A DNA stretch of 64,000 nt from Thermoplasmatota archaeon (GTDB taxonomy: Archaea > Thermoplasmatota > Thermoplasmata > UBA10834). The notes under the pieces are model-generated. The model made no database searches, had not been told where the DNA came from, and worked only from the letters and a program-made list of their open reading frames with translations. The position numbers and the translations under genes were made by a program. How positions within the stretch are numbered: position 1 is the first letter of the stretch; each line of letters starts with the position of its first letter. The DNA is taken from NCBI GenBank assembly GCA_963818745.1, contig CAWFTI010000003.1, forward strand, positions 565,876-629,875. The letters run 5' to 3'. Positions 39,926 to 54,307 of this stretch are shown piece after piece.

Positions 39926-41074
39926 TTGAAGGTCGCGATGTTCGCAGATTCGTTCTATCCGATGATAGACGGTGCCGTCGTCGCGATGGAGAACCAGTCG
40001 AAGGGACTGGAGGCGAGGGGGCACGAGGTCGTGGTCCTGGCCCCGGACACCAAGCAGAGGCCGAAGACCACCAGGACCGTGCACTACCTGCCCTCGATGG
40101 AGTTCAGGTGGTACAAGGGGTACAGGGTCGTGGTGTCCGCTTCGGACATGCTGGAACGCCTCCGACAGGAGAAGGTCGATGTGCTCCACTGCCACGGGCT
40201 CGCATCGATGGCGATCCTCAGCCTCACGGCCGCCAGGGCCCTGAAGATACCGCACCTCATCACGTTCCACACGATGGCCAACGAGGCGGTGAAGTACTAC
40301 TCTCCGCTGCCGATCAGGCAGGACATGATCGAGCCGATGGTCTGGCTGTACCTCAGGAACATGCTCAAGAGGTCCGAGGTCGTGATCGCGCCCTCGCAGC
40401 CGATCAAGGACGAGCTCCTGGACAACCGCGTGAGGATGCAGGCGTGCGAGGTCATCCCGACGGGCGTGGACTGCAAGCGCTTCACGCCCGAGAACTACGA
40501 CAAGGGCTTCCTGGCGAGGTACGGCCTGGAGGGCAAGCGGGTCGTCCTTCACGTAGGCCGGCTGTCCCTGGAGAAGCGCCTGGACACCGTGCTCGAGGCG
40601 ATGGTCAGCCTGGCCAGGGAGGAACCCGACCTGAGGCTCCTCGTCGCTGGCCATGGTCCCTCGTCGGAGCACTACAAGGCTATGGCGAAGTCCCTGGGGG
40701 TGTCCGACCGAGTGGTCTTCGCGGGGTTCATGTCGGATGACGAGCTGGCGAAGGCGTACGCGAGCGTCGAGATGCTCGTGATCGCCTCGACCTTCGAGAC
40801 CCAAGGGCTCGTGGTGCTCGAGGCGCTGGCCTCGGGCACGCCCGTCGCGGGCATCAGGTACAGGGCGATCCCCGAGTTCGTCAAGGAGGGGAAGAACGGG
40901 TGCCTGTTCGAGCAGAGCACGTGCGCCGAGGCGGTAAGGAGATGCCTGTCGCGCTCGAAGTCGATGAAGATCAACGCCCTGGCCAGCGCCAGGGAGTACT
41001 CGATCGACTCGTGCACCGCCAGGCTCGAGATGGCCTACTCCCTGGCATCCGACATACTAGCGAAGAACCTGTAG
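39926..41074 (+). CDS. Glycosyltransferase family 4 (GT-B, group 1)
   Basis: The N-terminus MKVAMFADSFYPMIDG and the C-terminus E..LEALASGTPV are GT4 hallmarks. Confidence 0.8.
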   Translation: MKVAMFADSFYPMIDGAVVAMENQSKGLEARGHEVVVLAPDTKQRPKTTRTVHYLPSMEFRWYKGYRVVVSASDMLERLRQEKVDVLHCHGLASMAILSLTAARALKIPHLITFHTMANEAVKYYSPLPIRQDMIEPMVWLYLRNMLKRSEVVIAPSQPIKDELLDNRVRMQACEVIPTGVDCKRFTPENYDKGFLARYGLEGKRVVLHVGRLSLEKRLDTVLEAMVSLAREEPDLRLLVAGHGPSSEHYKAMAKSLGVSDRVVFAGFMSDDELAKAYASVEMLVIASTFETQGLVVLEALASGTPVAGIRYRAIPEFVKEGKNGCLFEQSTCAEAVRRCLSRSKSMKINALASAREYSIDSCTARLEMAYSLASDILAKNL

Positions 41075-41146
41075 GCCCCGCACACTGGCCCGAAGACCAG
41101 GAAAGTATTTCTATCGCGAGCCCAGATGCGATTCCGGGAGGACGAG

Positions 41147-42005
41147 ATGCCTTTCTCTTACGAGCTGTTCTTCGCACTGTACATAGTGTCGATGGTAGTG
41201 GGCATCTTCATCGGCCTCCTGGTGTTCGTCGGATGGAAGGACCTGTTCTGGAGGAAGGCGCTCGAGTCCGCGAGATACAACGTGCTGTACATCGCCCTGG
41301 TCGTCGGGCCTGCCGGTGCTCATGCTGATCGAGCACATCTTCAGGGACCCGGGGGAGTCCACGCGCGAGATCATCTACACCAACTGGATATTCAGCATAA
41401 GCGGGAACGCGATCCGCATACTGCAGGACAGGCTCGACTACCAGCTCCTGGTGGACTTCTTCATACTGGTATACGTCTGGGTGTTCACGTACATCATCTA
41501 CTTCACCCCGGTCCTGCTCCTCGCCAAGGACGACCGCTCGACCCTGAGGAGGTACGCGATCGCGCTCATGTTCAACTACATCGTCCTGCTCCCGTTCTAC
41601 ATCTTCTTCCCGGTGTCAGTGACGGGGTTCTACGCGGACTCGGGGATCACGCCGTTCCTGTACATCAACACGAACTGGGGCAGGATGGTGACCAGCGTCG
41701 ACCCCCTCGACAACGACTTCCCGAGCGCCCATGTCAGCCTCATCCTCACGGGCCTGCTGGTGCTCTTGGCCGCCGGACAGGACTACAAGAGGTACAGCTA
41801 CTTCCTGGCGGCGGCAACCGTCGGGATCACCTTCTCGGTCCTATACCTGGGCGTGCACTGGCTCGCCGATGTTTTCGGGGGCTTCCTGCTGGCCGTGGGC
41901 GCGGTCCTGTTCTCGGGCAGCGAGAGGATACAGATGGCCTTCGACAGGTACGTCAGAAAGATAACGAGGAAGTTGACGAAAGAGAAGGAAGGCCGCGCGG
42001 TCTGA
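41147..42005 (+). CDS. PAP2-family membrane phosphatase; frameshift at ~41305
   Basis: PSAHV and SVLYLGVHWLADV (PSGH and SRxxxxxHxxxD motifs). The N-terminal TM (MPFSYELFFALYIVSMVVGIF) is in the 41126 frame and the rest in the 41316 frame. Confidence 0.7.
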
Positions 42006-42006
42006 C

Positions 42007-42984
42007 CTAGGCGTTGGACTTCACGACCAGGACCGTGACCTCGAAGTACAGAGTCCTGCCGTATATCTCGCCGTTGTACCCGCTCGTCGTGTCTATCTTG
42101 TGTATCGTGAACGTGCCAGCAGTCGCGTTGAAGGCCGATATCACGAACGACAGGCCGTCCGAGTCGGTCCCCTGTACCTTGTACACGTCCTCGGCCGACA
42201 CATCGTGATTCACGACGATCTTGCCGATCCCGCCGTCAGCGGACGGGTCGTAGGACTCGACCTCGCATGCCCAACCCTGGGGGTCGTCGTAGTCCTTCGG
42301 ATCCCCGAACGGATATACGATCTGTCCCACGGTCGGTATGTGCTTGAAGGTGATGAGGCCGCCGATGTTCTCGACGACCATGACGTCCCACTGCCACATG
42401 TAGTGCTGGACGGTGTCCATGAGGACAGGGTCGGTGTTGAAGAGCGACTTGAAGTCCGTTTCGGAGATCGTCTCAGTGGCGGGTATCTCCTCCTCGAGGG
42501 CGATGTCAGTCATCATCGCGGGGTCTACCGCGTACCCGTCCTCCGGAGCGACCTCGATGATCTTCCTCTCGTTCTGCTTCATGCCTATGACGCCCAGCGC
42601 GAACCCCTTGATGGTCCCGCCGGACTCGCCGTACAGACCGGCGGTCATCTCGAAAGGCACATAGGAGTCGTTCTCGCGCTGCGAGAATGTGAAGGACTTC
42701 GGGTAGAGGACGTTGTCCCAGGCCACGTCGAGAATGCTGGTGTCGAATACCCTGCCGTCGGAGAACATGCCGATGTAGTTCATCGTGACGCTGTCGCCCG
42801 ACGCCACGACCGGGGTCTCCTCGAGAGGACTGCCGCTCGTGTTGTCGTACAGCACGTACCCGACGATGCTGACCGACACGACGATGGCCGCGGCGATCAG
42901 CACGAGTACTATGCTCAGAGGGTCTCTCGGCTCCCTGGGCGCCTTGGGCTCCTTCTTCGGCTCTTCCTGGGGCTCGCTCTCCAT
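42007..42984 (-). CDS. Membrane-anchored FKBP-type peptidyl-prolyl isomerase domain protein
   Basis: N-terminal TM (LSIVLVLIAAAIVVSVSIVGYVL), then the FKBP core GDSVTMNYIGMFSDGRVFDTS. Confidence 0.7.
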   Translation of the reverse strand: MESEPQEEPKKEPKAPREPRDPLSIVLVLIAAAIVVSVSIVGYVLYDNTSGSPLEETPVVASGDSVTMNYIGMFSDGRVFDTSILDVAWDNVLYPKSFTFSQRENDSYVPFEMTAGLYGESGGTIKGFALGVIGMKQNERKIIEVAPEDGYAVDPAMMTDIALEEEIPATETISETDFKSLFNTDPVLMDTVQHYMWQWDVMVVENIGGLITFKHIPTVGQIVYPFGDPKDYDDPQGWACEVESYDPSADGGIGKIVVNHDVSAEDVYKVQGTDSDGLSFVISAFNATAGTFTIHKIDTTSGYNGEIYGRTLYFEVTVLVVKSNA

Positions 42985-43099
42985 TAGGACTCCTGGAGCG
43001 CGGTTATGGCCTGACCCGATATAAACCTTATCGCACTCACATCAGCGGGGCCAGCGAGAACCAGTCGGGTGCGCGGACCAAGCCGACCCCGCACTGACG

Positions 43100-43376
43100 T
43101 CATCCACCTGACACAGGCGGAAACACGGCCACATCGTCGCCGTCCCTGAGCGGAACCTCGTCCATCGGGACGGCCCCTGTGTTCCTCCCGTTGACGAGCA
43201 CCACCACACGGTCGCGCTCCGAGCCTTTGGCTGCCCAGGGCCGCGGCCATCCCCTTGCCGAACCGAGTCCTCAGGCTCTCCAGCAGCTCGGAGAGCGTCG
43301 ATGCGTCAAGCTCGGTCTCGCTCACGCCAGCGGCCTCTCTCACGGTCGCGAACATCCTCACGCGGACTGTCGCCAT
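43100..43376 (-). CDS. MoaD/ThiS-family sulfur-carrier protein; frameshift at ~43235
   Basis: MATVRVRMFATVREAAGVSE...ELLESLRTRF; the +1 frame restores ...VLVNGRNTGAVPMDEVPLRDGDDVAVFPPVSGG-stop (C-terminal Gly-Gly). Confidence 0.65.
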
Positions 43377-43800
43377 GTCTTCGCGGTTCCTATCACGGGC
43401 GAGGTAGATAAACAATGCCCGCGCGGCCGCGCAAGCAGGAAGTGACCGCAGTGCGGGCACTTGTGGCCGATTGGGTCATGCCCCGTGTCCGCACATAGTA
43501 TCGGCTCGGTGATATAGGATGAGGAGACCAAGACCGAACAGGGACCAGCCCTTGCACTTGTACCATCTGCAGTTTGAGCAACGGTTTCGAATCCGGTAGA
43601 GGGCAGGTTCTGTAGCCCGACGGAATGCAGCGCCTTTTGCTTCATTCCGCACGTTTCACACTATTTGACAAGAACATTTATTCAACAATCGACTGTACGT
43701 GACCCCTGCCACGATTTCCGTCCGTCAGACGCGGGCTGCGGTTGCACGGGACAACGGATATCAATGCCCAGGGCGATGAGCACTTGGGCGAGGTGTCGAG

Positions 43801-46257
43801 GTGGTTGACAAGAGGACGGCCAACAGGTCGAAGCGGGAGGCGACGGTCAGGATAAAGGGGATGCACTGCGCCACCTGCACGACGGCTGTCAAGGACTCGC
43901 TCGACGCCCTCGAGGGCGTAGAGGACGCCAGGGTCAACCTGGCGACCGAGAAGGCGACCTTCGTGTACGACCCGAAGCTCGTCTCGATGGGTGCCATCGA
44001 GAGCGCCGTCAGATCGGCGGGGTACGACCTGGCCAAGGACGAGATCACGCTCACGGTAGGCGGGATGCACTGCGCGGTCTGCGCCACCACGATCGCCGAC
44101 TCCTTGAAGGGCGTGCCGGGGGTCTCCGATGCGAGGGTCAACTTCGCGCTCGGGAAGGCGGTAGTCGAATACGACTCCAAGCTCGCCACGCACGCGGACC
44201 TGAAGGAAGCTGTCGAGAACGCCGGGTACAAGGTCCTCGAGGTCGAGGGCGTGATGGCCGAGCAGATCGCGAGGGCGGAGGAGCTCAGGGAAGGCTACAA
44301 GACCCTCGTGCTCGCGGCGGTCCTCAGCGTCCCGATCGCGATCATCACGATGACATACGACCTCTGGCCAGAGGGCATCCTGGGCATGGAAGCGAGGAAC
44401 TGGCTCCTCCTGGTTCTGGCCGCGCCCGTCCAGTTCTACGCGGGGCGGAGGTACTACCGGGGTGCATACAGGGCGCTCTTGAACAGGCGCGCGAACATGG
44501 ACACGCTCGTGGTGCTCGGCACCACCGCGGCGTTCGCCTACAGCCTCGTCGTCATGCTGATGCCCGGTTGGACGGGTTCCATGGAGGTCTACTTCGACAC
44601 CTCGGCCGTGATCATCACGCTGGTCCTGGCGGGGAAGTACCTGGAGCTGAGGTCCAGGGGCGCGACCTCGGAGGCCATCGTCAAGCTGATGAACCTCCAG
44701 CCCCCGAAGGCCATCGCGGTCAGGGACGGCAAGGAGGTGGAGGTCGGCGTCGAGGAGCTGGCCGAGGGGGACATCGTGCTGGTGAACGCCGGCGAGAGGA
44801 TACCGGTGGACGGAGAGGTCGTCTCGGGGGAGTCCGCGGCGGACGAGTCCCTCGTCACGGGCGAGTCCATCCCGAGGGAGAAGGTCGCCGGGTCCCAGGT
44901 CACTGGGGGCACTGTCAACCTCGGAGGAGTCCTCAAGGTCAGGGCGACGAGGGTCGGCAGGAACACGACCCTGGCCCAGATCGTCAAGCTCGTGGAGGAC
45001 GCTCAGAGCACGAAGGCGCCCATCGAGAGGCTCGCGGACACCGTGTCGGGCTACTTCGTGCCCGCGGTGCTCGCGATATCATTGTCGACCCTTCTGTTCT
45101 GGTACTTCATAGGCTCGGGGCTCTGGGACGTGGGGGACGCGCTCACATTCTCCCTGACGACGTTCGTCGCGGTGCTCGTGATCGCGTGCCCATGCGCCCT
45201 GGGGCTCGCGACCCCGACCGCAATCGTTGTCGGGACTGGCAGGGGCGCACAACTGGGCATACTGATCAAGGACGCCGCTGCGCTCGAGACGGCCCACAAG
45301 CTCACGACCGTGCTGTTCGACAAGACGGGGACGCTCACGCAGGGCAAGCCGAGGGTCGTCAGGACCGAGCTGGGCTCGGCCAAGGACGACAGGGAGCTCA
45401 TGCTCTACGCGGGGAGCGCGGAGAAGGGCTCGGAGCATGTGCTCTCGAGCGCGGTGATATCCGCTGCCGCGGAGAAAGGGATCGAGCTCGGCACGCCGGA
45501 GACCTCGCAGGTCGTGCCCGGGGAGGGCGTCTCGGCGGCGGTCCTGGGCAGGGTCGTCGCCGTCGGGAACAGGAGGATGATGCAGCGCATCGGGGCCCCG
45601 CTGGGCGCCCTCGAGGACAGCATGGCCCGGATGGAGGACGACGGGATCACGGTCATGGCGGTCGCATCGGACGGGAAGGTCCTCGGGCTGATCGGCGTCG
45701 CCGACACGCTGAAGCCCATGGCAAAGGACACCATCGGCCAGCTGAAGGCGCTCGGGCTCAAGGTGGTCATGATCACAGGGGACAACGAACGCACCGCGAA
45801 GGCGATCGCCTCTCAGGCGGGAATAGACGAGTTCAGGGCCCAGGTGCTCCCGGCTGACAAGGTGGGCGCGGTCAAGGGATACCAGGACGAGGGCGAGGTG
45901 GTCGCGATGGTCGGGGACGGGATCAACGACGCGCCCGCGCTGGCACAGGCGGACATCGGGATCGCCCTGGGGAGCGGCACGGACATCGCGCTCGAGTCTG
46001 GCAACATCGTGCTCATAGGAGATGATCTGAAGGGGGTGGTCTCCGCGATCAGGCTGAGCAGGCGCACCTTCAGGAAGATCAGGCAGAACCTCTTCTGGGC
46101 GCTGTTCTACAACACGGCATCCATACCCATAGCCGCGGGCGTGCTCTTCCCGCTGACGGGCTGGCTCCTGAGCCCCATGATAGCCGCCGGGGCGATGGCC
46201 TTCAGCTCTGTCTCGGTGGTCACGAACGCGTCCTTGCTCAGGCGGTTCAGGCCGTGA
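43801..46257 (+). CDS. copA: Copper-translocating P1B-type ATPase with two N-terminal HMA domains
   Basis: Two HMA domains (GMHCATC, GMHCAVC); CPC in TM6; DKTGTLT, GDGINDAP, and the rest of the P-type core. Confidence 0.9.
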   Translation: MVDKRTANRSKREATVRIKGMHCATCTTAVKDSLDALEGVEDARVNLATEKATFVYDPKLVSMGAIESAVRSAGYDLAKDEITLTVGGMHCAVCATTIADSLKGVPGVSDARVNFALGKAVVEYDSKLATHADLKEAVENAGYKVLEVEGVMAEQIARAEELREGYKTLVLAAVLSVPIAIITMTYDLWPEGILGMEARNWLLLVLAAPVQFYAGRRYYRGAYRALLNRRANMDTLVVLGTTAAFAYSLVVMLMPGWTGSMEVYFDTSAVIITLVLAGKYLELRSRGATSEAIVKLMNLQPPKAIAVRDGKEVEVGVEELAEGDIVLVNAGERIPVDGEVVSGESAADESLVTGESIPREKVAGSQVTGGTVNLGGVLKVRATRVGRNTTLAQIVKLVEDAQSTKAPIERLADTVSGYFVPAVLAISLSTLLFWYFIGSGLWDVGDALTFSLTTFVAVLVIACPCALGLATPTAIVVGTGRGAQLGILIKDAAALETAHKLTTVLFDKTGTLTQGKPRVVRTELGSAKDDRELMLYAGSAEKGSEHVLSSAVISAAAEKGIELGTPETSQVVPGEGVSAAVLGRVVAVGNRRMMQRIGAPLGALEDSMARMEDDGITVMAVASDGKVLGLIGVADTLKPMAKDTIGQLKALGLKVVMITGDNERTAKAIASQAGIDEFRAQVLPADKVGAVKGYQDEGEVVAMVGDGINDAPALAQADIGIALGSGTDIALESGNIVLIGDDLKGVVSAIRLSRRTFRKIRQNLFWALFYNTASIPIAAGVLFPLTGWLLSPMIAAGAMAFSSVSVVTNASLLRRFRP

Positions 46258-46428
46258 CCCCGCTGGCGGTCCCGTGGCGCACCGCCACCCCTTGCAGAAA
46301 AGGTTATGTTCAGGCGGCCCGATAACAAGGCCTGAGTTTGAAGGGATGCGGGAGTCGCGCCCCTCGCGAGGAATTAACATCTCCCGCATGCCGCAGACCC
46401 GTACCTCTACCCCCTAGGATGTGGTCTA

Positions 46429-48664
46429 ATGTTTGGAAAGAAGCTCTTGAAAGGGTTCCTGGTGGAGCCCAGCGGCGGTCTCGTGAAGGAATTCGTCTTC
46501 AGCCCCAAGGCTGAGGTCACATTCGACCAGGTGAAGGCGGCGTTCCAGGGCAAGGGGGACATCGCCGCCCTCGGCGCGTTCGAGGTGGGCAGGTTCGTCG
46601 CATCGATCGCGAGAGGGGAGAAGCTCCATTTCATCGTCGTCGGCAAGGATGTCGCGGAGGAGGAGGACCTCTGGTTCCTGAAGGAGATGCTCAACTCCAT
46701 CGAGAAGTCCTTCGACGCCACCGTGGAGGCGCGCATCAAGAACGCGACCGAGGCCGAGGCGCGGGCGAAGCAGGAGCAGGAGACCGCCAAGAAGGCCGTC
46801 CAGGACCTGCAGACGGAGAAGGACGACCTCGGCCAGGAGGTCTCCGAGCTCGACAAGCTCAGGAACGAGCTCGACAGGCTCAGGAAGGAGACCGAGAGCT
46901 GGCAGGAGGAGCTGAAGGGGTTCGAGACCCAGGTGAACGACAGGCACTCGCAGATCAACGAGCGCGTCACCCTGCTGCTCGAGCGGGAGCAGGCGCTGGT
47001 CAGGAACCAGCAGGCGTTCGAGACGGCCACGGAGGCGAAGCGCGGGCTGGTCAGGAAGCTCCAGGAGGGCGTCGCCGAGCAGGTCAACGAGTACGAGTCC
47101 GGGTTCGCGAAGCTCGTGCATGAGAGGGCCGATCTCGCGGCCAGAGAGATGGACTACTCGTCGAGGGCGCAGAAGCTCGCGGACGACCAGGCCGCGTGGG
47201 CCAATGAGGTCGAGGAGACCAAGGTGCGCATAGCGAGCCTCGACAGGGACCGCGAGGAGCTCAGGGCGGAGAAGAAGAGGCTGGACGACACAGAGGCGTC
47301 GCTGAAGGACCTGGAGTCGCAGCTCCAGGGCCGGCGGAAGGACCTCGACACGTCGATAACCCAGCTGGAGGCCGAGAGGACCTCTTTCACCGACGAGAGC
47401 GAGCGCATCAGGGCAGACTTCGCCGAGATGGAGACCCAGTTCGCCGAGCGCGAGAAGAAGGCCGCCGAAGAGGACCAGGCGCTCAGGGCGAGGAAGGAGG
47501 AGCACGAGAAAGCCGTCGCGGAGCTGAAGCCCCGCAAGGAGCTGCTCGAATCACAGGTGGATGATATCGCGAAGCGCGTCGCGACCCTCGAGGAGAGGGA
47601 GAGAGGGCTCGCGGTGGAGAAGGAGGAGGTCGAGCACAGGCGCGCGGAGATGGACAAGAACGCCGAGGGTCAGCAGGCTGAGCTCGCCTCGCTGCTCGCC
47701 AAGATCGGCAAGGAGAACGAGGAGGTCCAGGCGAAGATGAGGGACCTGGACGCGAGGGACGCCCAGATGAGGGACAAGGAGGCGAAGGCCATCGAGTCCG
47801 AGCAGAGGGTGGAGGCGCTCCTGCGCGACCTCGACAAGCGCGAGAAGGACCTCGGGAAGAGGGAGGGCGCGATACAGGACTCCATCGGCATACAGCAGAA
47901 CGCCGCGCAGTCGATCACCCAGCGCGAATCCTCGTTTGCCGAGAGGGAGAGGGCCGTCCTGGCCAAGGAGGCGGAGGTGGTCGAGCTGAGGACGAGGCTG
48001 GATGCACAGAACGACGAGCTGGCGAAGGCGACGGCAGAGACGGAGGCCGCCAGGGCGGAGCTGTCGCGCAAGGAGGCCGAGCTCGCCGAGGAGAGGAAGG
48101 CGTTCGAGGAGTCCTCGGCCAGTTTCGCCGAGGACAAGGATAAGCTGGAGAGCGGCAAGAAGAGGCTCAAGGAATCACATGCGGACCTGGAGGAGAAGCT
48201 GAAGGCGCTCGACGAGCGCAGCAGGGCCGCCGACGAGGAGGCCTCCAAGGCCATGGCCAAGGTCGAGGAGGAGATGACCAGGCTGGACGCGGAGCGGAAG
48301 CACGTGGCGACCAGGCTCTCGGAGCTGGAGGAGCAAGGAGAAGGCGCTCGCGGACCGCGAGGAGGGCATCGCCAAGGCGCAGTCCGACCTCGCCGGCAAG
48401 GAGACCGCATTCAGGGAGAAGGGCGAGGAGATGGAGAGGCGCAAGGCGTCCCTCGCGGAGGAGTCCGACAAGCTGGCCCTGGAGAGGCAGAAGGTCGAGA
48501 AGACCAAGGAGACCCTCGACAAGCGCAGGCAGGTCATAGGCGAGCAGGTCGACAGCATCTCCGAGATCACGAAGAAGCTCGAGGAGCTCAGGGCGAGGTC
48601 GAAGCGCAGGAGCGAGGAGTCACAGACGGCTCAGGCGCCGCCCGCGGAGCAGCCGAAGCAGTGA
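46429..48664 (+). CDS. Large coiled-coil protein (~745 aa) with a ~100-aa N-terminal globular domain; frameshift at ~48335
   Basis: About 640 aa of uninterrupted heptad-rich E/K/R/L sequence. The C-terminus continues in the 48431-48664 frame. No Walker motifs, so it is not an SMC ATPase. Confidence 0.65.
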
Positions 48665-48689
48665 GCCTCACGGTATTTCTGAAGGCGCA

Positions 48690-49424
48690 TCAGGCCAGCC
48701 TGGGCCATCCCCTGCGCAGGCCGGAGGCCACCTGCGAGAATGTCCGCCGGAACAGCGGCTTCGAGAAGGACGCCTGCTCCAGATGCTTCGAGACATATGG
48801 CCTCACGCTCTCGACGACCTCCATGCCTGACTGCTTCTCGTAGCCGAGCAGCATCCGCCTGGCCAGGTCGAACTTGATCGGGATGAAGTAGGGCTCGCTG
48901 CCCAGGATGGAGGTCGCGAGCTGCCCGAGGTCGTCCAACGGCTCTCCCCGGCCGGAGGACTCGAAGTCGAACCCGTACACCTCGCCCTCGCGCATGACGA
49001 AGTTGGAGAGCACGGCGTCGGCCATGATCGTGTCGGAGTCAGAGTCGCTCATGGACTCGTGGAACCGCGCGAGCCACACTCCCAACTTCTCGGCCGCCTC
49101 GAGGCTGAACATGTGGTTTATGAGCAGGTCGCACGGCTCCCCCGAGATGTACTCCATGACGAGGTACCCGTCCTCCATGTGCATCGGGAACGGCACGTTG
49201 AGGTCCTTCCTCTTGCCGCGGATGAGGAACTCGAACTCGTCAGGGGCCTTCCCCGACAGGGACAGCTTCACCACGACGGGCCGCACATCCGTCTCGACGA
49301 TCCATACGCGGTTGTGCCTGCTGGGGACCAGCCGTTCCTTGACGACGACCACGCGCTGGTTGAGGGACTTCTTGATCGCCTCCCAGCCGTGGGCGTCCAT
49401 GAACGTGAGGTCGTAATGCAACAT
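48690..49424 (-). CDS. Atypical protein-kinase-like fold protein (Bud32/RIO/APH-like)
   Basis: Hinge LVMEYISGEP, catalytic-loop-like DAVLSNFV, DFG-like VYGFDFESS; 244 aa. Confidence 0.5.
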   Translation of the reverse strand: MLHYDLTFMDAHGWEAIKKSLNQRVVVVKERLVPSRHNRVWIVETDVRPVVVKLSLSGKAPDEFEFLIRGKRKDLNVPFPMHMEDGYLVMEYISGEPCDLLINHMFSLEAAEKLGVWLARFHESMSDSDSDTIMADAVLSNFVMREGEVYGFDFESSGRGEPLDDLGQLATSILGSEPYFIPIKFDLARRMLLGYEKQSGMEVVESVRPYVSKHLEQASFSKPLFRRTFSQVASGLRRGWPRLA

Positions 49425-49484
49425 CTGATACGCTTACCCGCATCCTTTGATATGAACCCTGTGCCCGCCTTCTCAGCAAAAAGA

Positions 49485-50399
49485 CTAGAAGTGGTTGTCG
49501 GAAGCGGTCGGTCCGCCCTTTCCCCAGGAGACCGAGTCCTCCCTCAGGATATCCATGAGCTCCTTCGTGAGCCGCAACGCCTCGTCCGGGTCGTCGGCCT
49601 GCAGGGAGTGCATGGCGCTCTTTATCCTGAGGACGTACTTCGAGATGTCTATCCCGGCGGCCTTCGCGTCGGTCAGGTACTCCCTCGCCTTCGAGAGCTC
49701 GGACCTGACCAGGTCCGGTATGCTGGGAGACATCAGCTCCTCAGTCTGCCGAGCGAGCGCAGAGACCAGGTTCCAATCACCCTCCCTGCACGCTTCCCAC
49801 GCGCTCCCCACGAGCCTGCGGGCCCTAGTGGTGTCCTTGCCCAGGGAGCTCACGTCCGAGATCAGGTGCTCGATCTCCTCGAGAAGCCTAGCCGACCCCG
49901 CGAACCCGTTCAGTGCTTCCTGGTACAGGAGGTCGCGGGACCTCGTTCTGGCCTTCAGGAGCGCGAACAGGTCGAACTTCTCCGGCCTGACGAACTCCTG
50001 CCTCTCGACTGGCTTCTCCGTTGCCGGCGTCTCAGCCGCTTCCTCGGCCGCCGATTCGTCGGCGAGGGGGCCGTCCGCGAAAATCGCACCGCAGAAGGGA
50101 CAATAAGGGTCCGATCCCTTCACGATCATGTCGCACTCGGTGCACTGGAACAGCACACCCTCGTCCTGGGGGGCCGATGCAGCCATGACCAGCTCGGGCG
50201 AGAGCGTCGCCGCCTTCTGCTGCGGGGTCATCCGTCCGGACGGCGCTGGCCCTGTCCCTCCGGAGAGGCCTGGGCCGCCGACGTCCGTGATCCGGAGGGT
50301 CCTCTGGGTGCGCTTGCGGTTCTTCTCCAGTTGGGATTCGTTTTGCCGCGAACCCACGGACCTCGCGTCCGATCTTGACCTCGCATCCGAACTTGACAT
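49485..50399 (-). CDS. Zinc-ribbon protein with a Ser/Arg-rich N-terminus and an alpha-helical C-terminal domain
   Basis: CTECDMIVKGSDPYCPFCG is a CxxC...CxxC ribbon. Start MSSSDARS at 50399. The longer ORF upstream is Arg-rich junk. Confidence 0.5.
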   Translation of the reverse strand: MSSSDARSRSDARSVGSRQNESQLEKNRKRTQRTLRITDVGGPGLSGGTGPAPSGRMTPQQKAATLSPELVMAASAPQDEGVLFQCTECDMIVKGSDPYCPFCGAIFADGPLADESAAEEAAETPATEKPVERQEFVRPEKFDLFALLKARTRSRDLLYQEALNGFAGSARLLEEIEHLISDVSSLGKDTTRARRLVGSAWEACREGDWNLVSALARQTEELMSPSIPDLVRSELSKAREYLTDAKAAGIDISKYVLRIKSAMHSLQADDPDEALRLTKELMDILREDSVSWGKGGPTASDNHF

Positions 50400-50524
50400 C
50401 TGGTTCTCACTCTGCCGGTTTTTCGCTGCGGTAATACTTCTGCATTCTGAGTATTTGAAGCACGTTCCATCGCTATCATCCAGTGCAAGAAATCGTTCGG
50501 GCGGGCTGCGGCTTTGTTGATATA

Positions 50525-54255
<3,731 letters not shown>

Positions 54256-54307
54256 GTGACCTCCTGGAACCCCCTCCAAATCCCCAACAGCAGGAATATA
54301 TGTTTCC

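Noticed and set aside
43358-43645. 95-aa ORF with an HKCPHCGH motif upstream of copA
   Set aside because: Codon usage dominated by A/T-ending codons, unlike the GC3-rich genes of this contig. It lies in the low-GC promoter region and overlaps the moaD start.
45079-47505. ORFs 45079-46389(-), 46426-47505(-), 46407-47087(-)
   Set aside because: Antisense to copA and the coiled-coil gene; Arg/Pro/Leu- or Ser-rich low-complexity translations.
49059-50378. 439-aa plus-strand ORF
   Set aside because: Antisense to the kinase-like and zinc-ribbon genes; Arg/Leu/Pro-rich without motifs.
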